From Cirrosporium novae-zelandiae (Eukaryota): a DNA stretch of 64,000 nt. A program made the position numbers and the translations under genes. Where the stretch lies: NCBI GenBank assembly GCA_026023565.1, contig JAPETS010000001.1, positions 992,001-1,056,000 on the forward strand, written 5' to 3'. The notes under the pieces are model-generated. The model saw only the letters and a list, made by a program, of their open reading frames with translations, had not been told where the DNA came from and did no database searches. Of the stretch, positions 12,400 through 25,778 are shown in pieces (the first letter of the stretch is position 1; each line of letters starts with the position of its first letter).

Positions 12400-14011
12400 G
12401 GCGAAATGAATTTACTTTGAGAGTTGGTGAGGGAGGTAACAGCCGGAATAGGTTTGAAGTTAGCCGATGCCCTTTGCAACAACAGCAGGTATCAGCACAA
12501 TTTTGAGTTGCTGCTGCTATTCATCTACAGATAAATATGGGGTGACAGCATTCGTAGCAATGCTGGATTTACTGCTCGCGCTAGGCCATGTACTGTCCTA
12601 GAATATTTTCGAATAGTTGTAATTTGGTCGTGGGGGGGGGGCCTCGCCGAATAGCAAAATCCGCCGGTGAAAGTGTCAGGTGGCCAGGTCCAAAGAGATG
12701 ACAAAGATAGGTCGATAAGTGTAGAGAAGGAAGAGAAAAGTGAAATAGCAGCAGGCCCCGGGAAGCCGTGGTGCAAGAGGGAAATATCCAAACGCAGAGA
12801 AGAAAAGCTGAATCTGCAGTTGAGATGAGCCCCGGTCACGATCCGAGATCAAACATTAAGAGAAGGGCAAAGTTGATCAATGCAAGATCATTCCTCCAAG
12901 ACAGCTAGAGGTAAGCTATAGTTTTTTGCAAGAACACCTTTTCCAAATTCTCACCATTCCAAATCGCTTTTTTTTCTCAACTCCTTCACCCCTAAGTTGT
13001 CGAAGCCAGGTCGAAAGCTTCTGAATAACAATCTAAAATGGAAGCCGATGACCAAAAACTTTCGGCTTATTCCGCACCGACCACCTATTTCAGACGACCC
13101 CCCATGATGAAAACCTGATCTCTATCACCTTTACTATCCACCAGCAATTCCATTGTAGGAAAGCAATTATATGACTAGAAGTTGCCCATATCCATATGTT
13201 ACGAGCAAACCATCTCCATAACCTATAAGATATTCTTTGCCAATTTTGGAATTTTCTATAGTCTATTCAATCCTGATAGTAAGTACATAAGATAGAATTT
13301 TGAATCCGGAATATTCACGTAGACAACCTGCCATGTCTTTTTCATCCAACCATTCCATTCATCTTCTCTTTTGTTCAAGGTACCCCGAACCCTAGCCCTT
13401 CTCCCAAACATAGAGCATCAACCCAAGAAAGAGCGAAGAAGTTTACTCAAGTAATATTTCTACTGTAAAAGTACAGTAGAATGCAATGGGAATACAAATA
13501 GGAATCTGTTATATATAATGATATATGGTACTTAAAATATCAACAATATAATAGGCATCAATATGGGAAATAAAGAGCGGAAAGAGAAATAAAACTTCAA
13601 AGGTTAGAAATAGGCTAATTGTTGGGGTTTTGGAAATGGGAAGAAAAGGGCGGTGTATTAATTGCAAAATTTGTCGAGAGTTCATTTAGGTCAGAAGACA
13701 GGATATCCTCTCTAGATGAGCAACGTGGCAATGCGGAAGGCCAAATATCATGGCCCACTCGGATCATTGTTGATGAGTTGTACTGCAGAGGATTCGTAGA
13801 TCTCGGAAGACTCAAGTGTATATAAACAGTGTCATGTCCTCCTGGTTCTCCTGGTTCCCCTGGGTTGAACACCAAAAGGACCGACGCACCCTCTTCTATT
13901 GAACAACATCATAATCCATCATCATTTGAAGTTTATGAAAGATGAAAGTGACAAACAGATTTCCAGTATTTGATGAGATGAAAAGCTTGGGAAGAAGAAG
14001 AAAAGTTAACC

Positions 14012-14012
<1 letters not shown>

Positions 14013-14057
<45 letters not shown>

Positions 14058-14078
14058 AATTGATTAATTGATTAATTG
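14013..14078. repeat. (TGAT)n microsatellite decaying into (TAATTGAT)n
   Basis: About 11 perfect TGAT units followed by TAATTGAT units. Confidence 0.95.
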
Positions 14079-15153
14079 CTATAGGCTTGAAAGGTGGCTG
14101 AAGAATTAGTAAGGTGCAGTTGCAGGAGAGATAAGATTGATTGATTTGATGGGGAAGAAAAAGGTAGAGGTAGAGGTAGAGGTAGGGGTAAGGGTAGGTG
14201 GTAGGTAGGGGTAGGGGAACACTGAGGGACAGCTTGGGGGGATCGGGGGGGGGATCAACAGGGATTAGGTGGAATGGTGGAATCCGAAGAGTTCAGCCGG
14301 TTTGACCGGTTTAGCAAAGCTTGGCTGTGTTTGAGGAGCTCAATGGTTGGAGTTAAGAGTTTGTTTGGTGGCATCATATTGGCCCAGTTGAACATGGAAT
14401 GGTTTTTGACATTGCCTTCTATCAAAATTGTGAGATGCCCTAAATGTCCTCAATTTTCTAATAACCAAAAGATAATTAAAAGCAAGAAGAAAAAAAAAAG
14501 GTACAACGAGTCTGCGACAAACCCTGATTCTGATAAAGCTGCACGGATTGACGGAACGTTGAAGGTTGGAAAGGGCCGGTGCGCAAACTAGCATCGTGCA
14601 TCTGCAAGCTGCAAAATAGCCAAATAACTAATTCCCCCCAAAAGCTATCGATTCTCTTTGACTCCCTGTGTTCTCACAGTCTTGGGTTTTTTAGAAGGTC
14701 ATCTGTCTGTCGCGAAGCCCCAAGGAATCCAAATCCCCCCCCATCAAGTCAAACACCACAGTCAACACCCACCTCCCCCCCCCCCAGATGAATCTTGGGG
14801 CTTCTTATCACTCTTTGGACCTTTCATGACTTGTTTAGAATTCATTCTTTTTCGTTTTTCTAAACCAAAAAAACCACATTTCGTTCTTTCGCTCTGTCTC
14901 ACCCTTTTTTCTTCCAATTCACTACTGTCCTCATTTCAATCCATCACTTTCGCTTCAAACCCCTCTACAACGTTTGCTGAACCCCATCAACCGATTTCAC
15001 TAGCTGTCAATTTGATAACTTGACTCCGCCCAACGAAAGCTGTCCTTTCAGGGAGGTCATCTGCGTCTTCCATTTTCGCCCCATCAACCTTCTGGGCCAG
15101 CATCACTGAAAGTTTTGCTTTGCGATTAATTCACCCTTACAAACTATCATCTT

Positions 15154-16320
15154 ATGGCAGTTCCAACCGAGAAACCGTGGACCGAGCAAGAGAAGGTGAG
15201 TCCCAAAGAGCATCTTTCATCAGGCTGAAGCTACGGTACATTCTTAGGCAAGGACAGCAACCTGATTTGTTTTCGGATATCTTTACTGTCCGCTGTACTA
15301 ACCTTACTCCGGTTCCAATAGGTCTTTCTCCTGTCCGAAATCATCAGAGCTGCGAACATTCCTTCAGGATCTCTCAAGCTATTCCAATTAATACAAGAAA
15401 ACTCAGTCCTTCCTCTTTGGACTGAGATTCCTCTTCCACCAGGTACTTCATCCATCACTAAGAACGCGAAATCCACGCTCATTCAGTCATGGATGTCATC
15501 CAGTATTGTGAGGGCCATAAATGTCTTTTTTAACTTACACTAGCATACAGGTCGATCTCTCTCATCATGCCGAAACGCGTATGATGAAATCTCTAGAATT
15601 GCTCATCCTTACCATGAGACTAAATCTTTCTTACCTATGCCTGGACCATTTTCACGACCCGAAGCGGTAGCAAGCTCTTCCCATACTCTAAAACGGCCAT
15701 TTTCTGCTACTGAGCTTTCGTCAGTTCCAGCTGCTCGCGCATTGCAACCACGTCCACCTATTGCATCTTTTGAAAGTACTCGTGAAGCTCCCAGGGTGCA
15801 GATTCCTTCGGCGGAACATGTGTCAGGACCACCAAAGAAGAAACGGGGACGGCCTAGCAATGCGGAACTTGAAAAGAAAAGGGCTTATTATGAATCTATT
15901 GGCCAGCCCTATCCAGAACCATCAAAAAGACCGACTAAGCCGAGAAAAAGTGATCCTCCAGTAGTAAAGCATAGGGAGCTCAAACCAAGTCCAGCGCCGG
16001 TAGCAACTGGATTTACTCCAATAACTGTGTCGACCCCGCGACGTTCTCCTCCACGCGAGGTCTCTGTCACAAGTTCCAACGGGAAGAGGCGTGGACGGGG
16101 TACAAAGGAGAATCATGATGAAAAGATCAAATTCCTAGAAGAAGCGGCAAGGTCTACTCACCGCTCGATACCGCTATCAAGCCCAAGTCCAGAGTCAAGG
16201 AAAATTCAGTTCGCGGAGCCTAGGTTGACCCCTGAAAACACTCCTCAGCAGCCAAAACTTCAAACGGAAGAGACCAATATTCAAATGAAAAATAAAACTG
16301 CTGAAAGTAGTGGGGTCTAG
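15154..16320 (+). CDS. Uncharacterised nuclear protein with Myb/SANT-like N-terminus and AT-hook
   Basis: Exons 15154-15195, 15322-15442 and 15551-16320 splice in frame: MAVPTEKPWTEQEKVFLLSEII...LWTEIPLPPGRSLSSCRNAYDEI..., then KKKRGRPS (AT-hook core). Confidence 0.75.
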
Positions 16321-17379
16321 TAGTAGGAATAGGAACGGACTCATTACGACTTGTAATAGGACAGGCCCCTGGAGACTTCTTGGTGTCATCCCATGCTATC
16401 CTCTATGATACATGACCCCAACCAACCCTCTAAACATAAGACCGAAAATACTTTGAGCAACGAAACAATAGACACGATCAACGATCATCTTGTCATGAAT
16501 TACGATGCACATGTGGTGGTTTCCATCATTCAGCGGCATTTGTTCAAAATTCTCTTTACATTATTCCAGCTCCTTTTTAGCGGCATTGGATAGGACGGTG
16601 GATTTTTCTTTTTTGCAATCAAGCATAATGATCTTTTCATTTGGCTTTTCAAGCACGGCAAGTTCATATTTTCCTTGCATACTTCGCACGTTACTTGTAC
16701 ACTTATCGCGTCGGATACCCCCTGGCGTTTTCTTCTTTAGCCTACTTTACCTACTCTAAAGGATGACGGGTGAAAGGTATAACAAGACTAGGTCGTGAAG
16801 CCAAATAACTCAAGGATATTTACTATTTGGCAACAGAATTAGGGCTCGAATTCTCTCTGCTATAACAGGAGAGTAACAGCCAATTTAGAAAACATAAAAA
16901 CTAATCTATTACTTATCAATATATAGATAGTTACAATTGCAGTATAGACAAAAAAAATCTTCATGGGGACTTCGATTATTATCTTGACTTCTAACTTGGT
17001 TAAACATGTAGAAGTCCGGCTATTGATACTTGGCTCTTTCATACACTAAAGTATCCAGGACATGAGTAGGTATCACGAAGAACTCGCATCTAATATCTAA
17101 TTTTTTCTGATGCACGAGCTTGGGACTTGGATTTATGTCGTGTTATATTCTTGAATTAGAGAAGTGTATGCTGCTAATTATTTGTTCGCCTGTCTGCCTG
17201 TTTAACTTATCCGAGAACCAGCTCGAAGGATGGATCATCACGTATTAAATGGTATACGGAAAATATATATAGAACCTGAAGGCATACCCAGTATTTTTAG
17301 CCACACTTTTCCAAAAAGACACCCGGGGGGAAGTTTCAATGCGTCAGGGGCGTCCAAGTGATTTGTGTAGACCCGTCCA

Positions 17380-19800
17380 TTACTTGTCCTCGTCTTTCGC
17401 TTTGCTTTCAGTTGCCAACTCCTTCATTTTCTCCCTCGCTTTCTCCACCAAGTCGCTCAGACTTTGTATCTTCTCACCTTCTGGTTCGGGGCTAACTTCT
17501 TGGATCTTTTCTCTGGCTCTATCAATCAGTCCTGATAGGTTAACTTTCTGTTGCTCGAACATTTCACCCATCTTTCTTCCCGCCAATGTTTCATCCCTTG
17601 CAAATTCTTCTTTTCCTTCGACTCGGCGCGTTAGATATAACATTAAACCTTTATCGTTTCGTTTGCGCAGTCTACCAATCTCATCGCGATAAGCAGCTTG
17701 AAAGATATCAATATCGGTAGCTGGCGGTGATTCGCAAACAACAGGCTCATCAAGAGGATCTTCGTTTGTTGGGGTATTGATACCGAGAAAAAGATGATCA
17801 TCAAGAGGATCGTGAGCTTGGCCTTTGCCTACCGGTTCTACATCGCATCGAGGAGCTGAGTTATCAGTTCTGATATTACGTTGTAGAGTATTCGCCCCAC
17901 TCCCAGAATGGCTAGACTGGTTGGTGGTAGAGGGGGAAGTTGACGTAACCCCAGAATGCTTCAGGGTATTTTCGGTGGCCATGAAGGGTGGTTTGAGATC
18001 ATGGTGTATACCTGCTGCGGCAAAGGTATGTCCGAGAGGTTGATGGTCGTAGGCATCGGCACTCTGACTTTTGCGAGGTCGTGAAGCTGGATCTTTCATG
18101 GAGAAAGGAGGTTGAACCATGCGTTCACCAGGGAAAATATCACCCATGAAGTAGGGGTGCTTTTGAACAAGGCGCTTGAATTTTTTGACGGCTCGCATCT
18201 TCTGGTGTAAGCCTTTTCTTCATCACAGGGCTAGGAAACAACATTACCACAACTACTAATTTACTCATGTTTCCTGTTATAGCCGCCTTTAGTTCTTCCT
18301 CTGTTGGAGGGTCAACAAGATCAGACGTATTCTCTTCGGCGGAAAGGAGTGGATCTGATCCTCCTTTCGTGACCCATGGGTGCTCCTAAAAGATGTTAGC
18401 ATTACTCGTGCAATGTGCAATTAAATCTCTCACTCTCAAGTCGGGCATGGTAATTCGTTTTGTAGGATCTTTCTCGAGCAGCTTATATATTAGATCTTTA
18501 AAAGCTTCTGAGCACTCGCCGTCACATTTTACGTCGTCATTCTTTATAGACTCATAAAGATCGAGCACCCCCAGCTTTTCGAACGGAATATGTCCAAAAC
18601 GTAAGCAGTATAGCGTCACTCCCATAGACCATATATCTGCAGCTCTCCCTGATATGCCTCCGTGTTTTGCTGTGCAAAGTTCAGGGGGCATGAATGCCGG
18701 AGATCCAGCTGACTTTTGAGTTAGCATCTCTGATTGCTTCTCGAACATCTCGGATACGCCAAAATCCACCACTTTGAGTATATCGTCTTCTGTGAGAAGC
18801 AAATTATCCGGTTTGATGTCACGATGTACAATACCCTGAGTATGGAGATACTCTATCCCTAATATAAGATCTCTAAACCATGTTCTGCAGAGTTCTTCAT
18901 CATATGGATCGGCCCTTTCTTCAACTCCCACCTTCATGATAACGCCCTTTTTACAATATTCTAGAACCATGTATAGTGAATCTTCGTCGGGATCATCTAG
19001 AACTTCAATTAGGGATACCAAATTAGGATGATTGAGCTTCTTCATTATCGCAATTTCTTCTCGGATAAGATATAACGGGTTTTCGTCTTCTTCCTTCGAC
19101 GCAGATCGACGGAAGAGGTTGGAATTGAATACACGCCCAGAACTGGGTTGCCCTGGTCTACTCGTTCGAGGTCGACGAAGGATGTTTGATTGTGCTCGCC
19201 TTCGTAATCGCGACTTCGAGAATTCTTTAACGGCCTATCGATGACATGAGAAAGCCTTCGGAATTCCACTCAACCGAGGCAATATATAAAATCATGAGTG
19301 AAAAAGATCAAAGGGTTCTACATACATATTCAGTTCCGAACTGGTCTTCTGCCAGATGCACCGATCCAAATGATCCTCTTCCGATCTCTTGTTCGATTAG
19401 GTACTGGTTGATACGATGTTGGGCTACGCCATCATCTTCGCTGTTCGTATACTCAGAGTGAGCATTGAGTGTTTCCTAGCTCCTAGTCAACCCACGCAAC
19501 GCAAGGGCCTCAAGTTTGGCCTTCTTTGCTAGGGGACAACGGACTTTGACCTGTCGATGAGCAGAGTGAGTTCTTGTATGATGCCGCAAGGGACTGTCGT
19601 ATGTAGGACTTGACCTGAGTAGAATAGTTAATTAGTGCTATAACTTGATTAGAGAAAATCCAATTAGTTTACAGTTGTTTAGTGGGCGATGGCCGGCTGC
19701 TGCTATCTTCGGAGTCATCAATATCAACTATCATCGGATCTGGTGGTAGTAATCGTCCTTCAGCATCTGTAGAGCATTGACGTCCAGGTGTTTGGTCCAT
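17380..19800 (-). CDS. cmkC: Calcium/calmodulin-dependent protein kinase kinase (CmkC/Ssp1-like)
   Basis: Multi-exon: RINQYLIEQEIGRGSFGSV, YAVKEFSKSRLRRR, EEIAIMKKLNHPNL, HRDIKPDN, DFGVSE, AGSPAFMPPE, and a basic CaM-binding-like MRAVKKFKRL. ATG 19800 inferred from splice phase. Confidence 0.9.
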
Positions 19801-20100
19801 TTTGCCTTGTCCGCAAAGGAGGAAGTCGATTGTGCTTGATGATCTTGAAAGTTCATGAAGCTTGAGTCGTTTTTACCAATTGTTCGATGGTTCTTTCTTC
19901 CTTTATCGATAAGGAGGCTAAGGTGGCCCGAGCACGTTCCACCTACCAAAATAGTAGAAAGCTTGGCTAAATATCTTCAATTTGCACAGCCGCAACTCCA
20001 AGCATCTAGGACCATCAATAAGTTTTTGCTGGAGACAATTCATCAGCAACTCAAGCTCTAATAGCAAACCCTTTTTTAAACGCCGCTTTCGGTAAGCAAT

Positions 20101-20818
20101 ATGGTTGTCTACTCTTTCTACATTTTTGACCGCCATAGTAAGTTGACCTCTCATTTATTGGCTTTGGAATCTTTTGCTTTTATTGACTAACTGTCCTATA
20201 GCGGAATGTATATACAAACGCAGATGGCATCACCGCCCATTGTCCGCTAGTAGCAAGGCTTCTCGACCGCTGTCCGAGGCTAGTGAGATCCCCAACGGTG
20301 TTACTGGCATATCGCGACCAGCTCTAAGCGCTGAAGACGATGCAAAGCTTGTGTTCGGGGTAGTTTTCTCCTTGAGAAACATGGTTCGAAAAATGGGAGG
20401 AGACGATGACAAGTATACCAACCAGCGGATATTGGGATTCTACTTGCTGATCATTGCAGTTTCCTATCCTATCGAACAAGCCAATACAGGATGCACTACT
20501 ACGAGACTGCTACCAACATCAAATTCGTTATGATTACCGACACACGATCAAATAGCATGCGGATGGCCCTTCACCAGATATATGTAAATCTCTACGTTGA
20601 ATTTGGTATGTTTAGCGATTCAAAACGGAGAGGTCCTTTCTGATCTTCAATAGTGGTCAAGAATCCTCTTTCGCCGGCCGAACACCCTGGTGGAATAGGT
20701 GTAGACAATGAACTTTTCGAGGAGGGATTAGATCAATTTGTGGTAGGCATTGCGCATGCACATTTATAATAGCATAGACCAAGCTACTAATAGTTCACAG
20801 ACAAGAGTTCTACTATAA
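20101..20818 (+). CDS. BET5: TRAPP complex subunit Bet5 (TRAPPC1)
   Basis: Five exons: MVVYSFYIFDRHTECIY...EDDAKLVFGVVFSLRNMVRKM...FLSYRTSQYRMHYYETATNIKFVM...YVNLYVEFVVKNPLSP. TAA at 20816-20818. Confidence 0.95.
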
Positions 20819-20905
20819 GTTCTTTATGAGTTCTAGCCATGGCCACGACACATCTTACCCTCTAGACTACAGAGATGATAGCATTCTCTAGAAACGCCCA
20901 ACGGT

Positions 20906-21600
20906 CTACTCATTAAGCAGCACATTATGGGGGAAATAACAATCAGACTTGTTAGTTGCTAATCACTCATGGGCACATACTGCACGAGAACCCGAAAATC
21001 TCGTAAACCAGAGGTTGATAACAGTGTTCACAGCAGATTGGCTTGGTTCTTTCGAATATCAATTGGTTCACAGTAAATGTCACTCCAGTTGAACATGCTT
21101 CGACTTATAGCAATAACCCAGTATGCTCGAGGAGAGGTTGCATCTTCTATGCGCCAAGCTGTACAATTGCTTGACAACGGACTGTGGGTAGGATTGCTGG
21201 TCAATACAGTGGTTAGGGAAGGGATGTATCCTGTATCAAATGTTTCTTATTACACATACGATGATCTACGGAAGAATCGATTCAAGAAGGCTCTAAGGTC
21301 TGTACTGAAGTTTGCAAAGGATTCTGTCGGCCGTTGGGCATTGAGACTAGGTGTGGTTCGGGTTCATTATTATTTCGCAAAGTATAGCATCGGCGTGTCG
21401 TTTTTTTTTTGTTATGCAGTGCCGGTCACCGCAGTCGGTCCACAAGCCACAATGTTAGAGTTCGGACGGAGATGGTTAATGACAGCGATGGCCTTGATTC
21501 CATAATATTTCTTCATTTGTGGATTGGAAACGAACAGCGGCGAGGGTTAGACCGACGTCATGGCGACGACTCAAGCTTTCGGAAATGTTGAGATGGATGG
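20906..21600 (-). ncRNA. Candidate spliced non-coding transcript (boundaries uncertain)
   Basis: Minus-strand GTATGT(21259)...CCTAAC...CAG(21197) intron-like signal plus a second GTATGT donor at 20980. No long ORF survives splicing. Confidence 0.3.
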
Positions 21601-22638
21601 GATCCTAAAAAGCCCGAAAAGAGGAGCTTGGCCTACATTAGGCTGGTGGGCCTGCAAAAGGGGCAATCAAGGATGACGAGTATGAAAAAGTCGGCATGTA
21701 ATATGTAGTATGTAATAATATGAATTGATGCAGGGCACGATATCATATGTTGCCATGGCTAAGTATGTTGTGCTTGTTATGCTTGGTGGTGGTGCTTGGT
21801 GGTGTTGCAGCAACGACTGATGGTTTTCGGGTCTCTGGCATGGCTTTTGGATGGCTACTACATCAAAAGTGGCTATCGGGGGAGTTGGAAGGGATTTCTG
21901 TATGAGGGATTTTCCGGTCAAGTTTAGAAGCGAGGGGAGATGGAGGATATATCTACAAGATTACCAGGCTACACAGCGTATCTGTTGGCTAATTTTATGT
22001 GCAGGGCATGTAACCTATAGTAGCTGTGGTCTATTAACTGCCCCCGGACTTTTCAGCTGCATCGCATGCAGGATTGCGTCTTTTGAATGCAATCCCTTGA
22101 AGGACATTCAACCGAGTGGCATGACACCTGGACTACTATAGAAAACTTGCAGGAAACTAGAACCTGGTGAGTCTGGTGAGTCGACGGCTAATTATTCTGT
22201 ACCTAGTTTTGTTTTTTCTTGTACTGTCAGGACATGACGGGAATCAGCATGACCGCATTGTATCAGCAGCCAGCATGGTGGTGGGGGGAGGGGGAGCTCC
22301 TTGAACCCGAGGGAAAGAAGCAAAATGCAAGAAGATGCAAGAAAATTGTTATTCATAGGCTTTTCAGAGGACACCGACTGTTCTATTAAGCCCGTGCTGT
22401 ATTCTATCAAAGCTGATTGCGCGATAAAAATGCAAAATGCAAGCCCTACTTGTGGCACTTAATGGGACTCCCATGGGTAGGTGGTGGTACTAGAGATTTG
22501 CGGTGACGGCTACCCGTTCACCAATGGAACCCTGCGTACCTAGGTATGCAAGAGAGAGAAAGAGAGAGAGTGTGTGTACTCGAGTAGTACGTGGTTAGTA
22601 GTAGCTCCAAGGGCCAAATAGCCTCAAAACACCCCATT

Positions 22639-22675
22639 GACCCCAAATGGACCCCAAATGGACCCCAAATGGACC
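22639..22675. repeat. 11-bp tandem repeat (GACCCCAAATG) x3.4
   Basis: Three perfect copies plus a partial copy. Confidence 0.9.
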
Positions 22676-24218
22676 AGCGGTTTGGTCCCGGTTGGACTGC
22701 TGGCTGTTCAATGCGGGTGATAATCTGATCAGGGATTATTTAATTAGATAACCGCGATTTCTATTGAATAACTGAGTAAGTTAAGTAAATCTATCTCGAG
22801 ATATCATTATTGTATCCGTCTCTTCGTCCTCTCAAAGAGAAGAAGGAGAATTAAAAAACAAAACCCTCCTCATGACCTAGATAGTCATTTCCTTCTCTAT
22901 AATTGATTACTTTAGCATTTGACACCAGAAAAAGAGTCCAAAGCAAATGTGACAGACAAATCAAAAGAATTTACCCCGCTTAAGGGGAAAAAAAGATGGA
23001 AGCAGTGCAGTGGGTGCAATCTATGGGGGCTATGGATGAAGTTGGCTGAGGTTAGATGAGGTTAGATCAAGCATTTTGAAGGTCTTAATGGCTTTAACAT
23101 CCTGGAATATCCTGGAATAGGCGTAGTTTTAGGAATAAATAAATTCTCGGATTTCCCAAGGCGAAGTGTAGTAGCTATCTATCTATCTATCATCATCATC
23201 ATCTATCTATCTACATCATAACATCATAACCATCACCTTCTGGTACTATGGTATATTTTCCTGCAGTTCGTTGCCAGAGCCTTTGACAAGTTTTAGGCTT
23301 TGGTCATCCCCGAAAAAGACAGAGGAAAAAAAAAACAAAAGAAAAAAAGAAAAAGAAAAAAAAAGAGTTTTCCAAAGACCTTTCCCGATAGCCTAGCAAC
23401 AAATCCTCCAACTCAAATCTCCCCACAATTTCTAAGCCCGTCATGATTTGTTTCTCCTACCAAAATATGCCCTGTCAGCGTGTATGACAAAGGCCTTATT
23501 CTTCCTCTTTTTTTTTCTGTTCCTGTTGGGTTCCTTGGGAGATTGAAGGCTATTCCCAAAGGTCCAAAGCCTATTTTATTCGAAGAGATATTTAGGGTTC
23601 CTCCACTTTCTTCGACCCTCTCCCCCTCATAAAGTCGACGCGCTCTCCCCCCAAGAAAAAACACAGCCACACGACCAACGTCACTCGACTTCTCTGGTAA
23701 GATTACTTTCCAATAGCTAGTGGTTAGAATACTTTCTAAAACTTCTTTGACCTTTGACCTCAAGACAATTAATTACACGGTACTTCCACCAAACACTAAG
23801 TCAACTAAATCAAAAAAAAACCCTCCCTGTTGACCCTTTGATTCCTCGTGGGGCTCATTCATACACCAATCATATTCCCGCCCTGTCTTTCCGCTTTCAA
23901 CTTTCAACTGTGCAAAACAACCACAACCAAACACCCACCCCCCGGCACATTGGTAATCCGACCATCGAAGCTGCCCGTCCACTTTGAAATTCTCTCCCAC
24001 CGACCTACATAATCTGGTCTTTTCCCCTTCTCACATTCCTCTTCAATTTCCTCAACTCTTCGTCAACACGAATCTTCGCCCCGTTTTGCTGGATTTCCAC
24101 CGCAATTAGCGACTGGGCTTTGCCCACTCCTTCGAGCGCCTTCGTGGCATCGTCTGCCACTTTCTCAACGCCACATCAACAACTTTCTCCAGCAATATTA
24201 CATATACTCTCCACCTAC

Positions 24219-25778
24219 ATGAATTCATCTGCGAAATCCCCTGTTCCATCCTCGTCCTCGTCCGTCAAGTCATCCTCTGGGAAATCCGGCGATGCGATAG
24301 CCCTATCTCCCGAGGAGGCCAGCAACCGTCTCAATGGCTCTGCTGGCCCTTCTGCAAAGAAGACCAATTTCTTGACACGGATGTTCTCGCAAACTGGAAA
24401 GGGCAGAGAAGGAGACCTCTCAAAGGAAAATTTGCGCGATCGAACTCCTGAGGATGGCAATCAAGTGAACGGGTCTGCCAAACCCGTCAAACCAAAGACA
24501 CCTTCAAGGCAGGGCTCAGATTCGAACAGCAAAAAATATGCATCCAGCTTAGAAGCGGATAAGAAACCAACCACGGCTGCAGGAACACGACAAGAAGGCA
24601 AGGAGCCGTGCCCACCATTTCGACGGTTCATAATCTCAGAAGATGGATCCCATGAGCATCACCTAAAGAGCACGAAGAGGAACGAGAAATTATCGGATAT
24701 GCTAAAGGATATGCTTGGAGGCAAAAAACACGAGCACCATGGTGACGAACAACAGCTATCTTTGATGTCTGGTTGGGTCGATCAATTGAAGAACGAGCGA
24801 GAAAGATTGGCATCGGATAAAAAGGGCGGCCCTAATACAACCGCCACCTTGGTCGAGAAATATGGCAAATGCCAAGAAGTAGTTGGACGAGGCGCCTTTG
24901 GAATTGTGCGCGTAGCTCACAAGACTGATCCCAAGGATTCGAAGATGGAACAATTGTACGCGGTAAAGGAGTTCCGTCGCCGACCACAAGAAACATCAAA
25001 AAAATATCAGAAACGGCTGACTGCCGAGTTCTGTATTTCATCATCTCTTCGACATCCTAACATCATCCATACGCTAGACTTATTGCAGGATGCCAAAGGC
25101 GATTACTGTGAAGTCATGGAATATTGTGCTGGGGGTGACCTTTACACCCTTGTACTTGCTGCGGGGAAGCTTGAGGTTCAAGAAGCCGATTGTTTTTTTA
25201 AGCAGCTGATGCAGGGAGTCGAATACATGCATGAAATGGGTGTTGCTCATCGCGACCTCAAACCAGAAAACTTGCTTCTCACTACACATGGATCTCTCAA
25301 GATCACCGATTTTGGTAATGGGGAATGCTTTCGTATGGCATGGGAGAGAGAGGCACACATGACAGCTGGACTTTGTGGCTCGGCGCCCTACATCGCTCCA
25401 GAAGAATATGTCGACGCAGAGTTCGACCCACGAGCAGTAGATGTTTGGGCCACAGGCGTTATCTACATGGCTATGAGGACCGGCCGTCACTTGTGGAGAG
25501 TTGCAAAGAAGAACGAGGATGAGTTTTTCGAAAGGTATCTCGAGGGAAGGAGAGATGAAGACGGCTATGCACCTATAGAGAGCTTGCACCGCGTAAGTAT
25601 TTCCCATCCCATTCAGTAATGCTATTCTTGCTGACACTTTTTGGAGGCTCGTTGCCGTAATGTCATCTACTCTATCCTAGATCCTAATCCTACTCGCCGT
25701 ATTACGGCCTCGCAGGTTCTCAAAAGCGAATGGGTCCGCGAAATTAAGATCTGTACGGCTGGAAAGGAAGGTTACTGA
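24219..25778 (+). CDS. SAT4: HAL4/SAT4-family (NPR/HAL5 group) Ser/Thr kinase
   Basis: EKYGKCQEVVGRGAFGIV, YAVKEFRRRP, KRLTAEFCISSSLRHPN, HRDLKPEN, DFGNGECF, GLCGSAPYIAPEE. Intron 25593-25646; last exon ARCRNVIYSILDP...GKEGY*. Confidence 0.92.

Noticed and set aside
12900..13900. Scattered GTAAG donors and short ORFs upstream of SET2
   Set aside because: Weak branch sites and no coherent gene model.
21077..21505. 142-aa plus-strand ORF
   Set aside because: No recognisable motif, it runs through a T10 tract, and the splice signals here are on the opposite strand.
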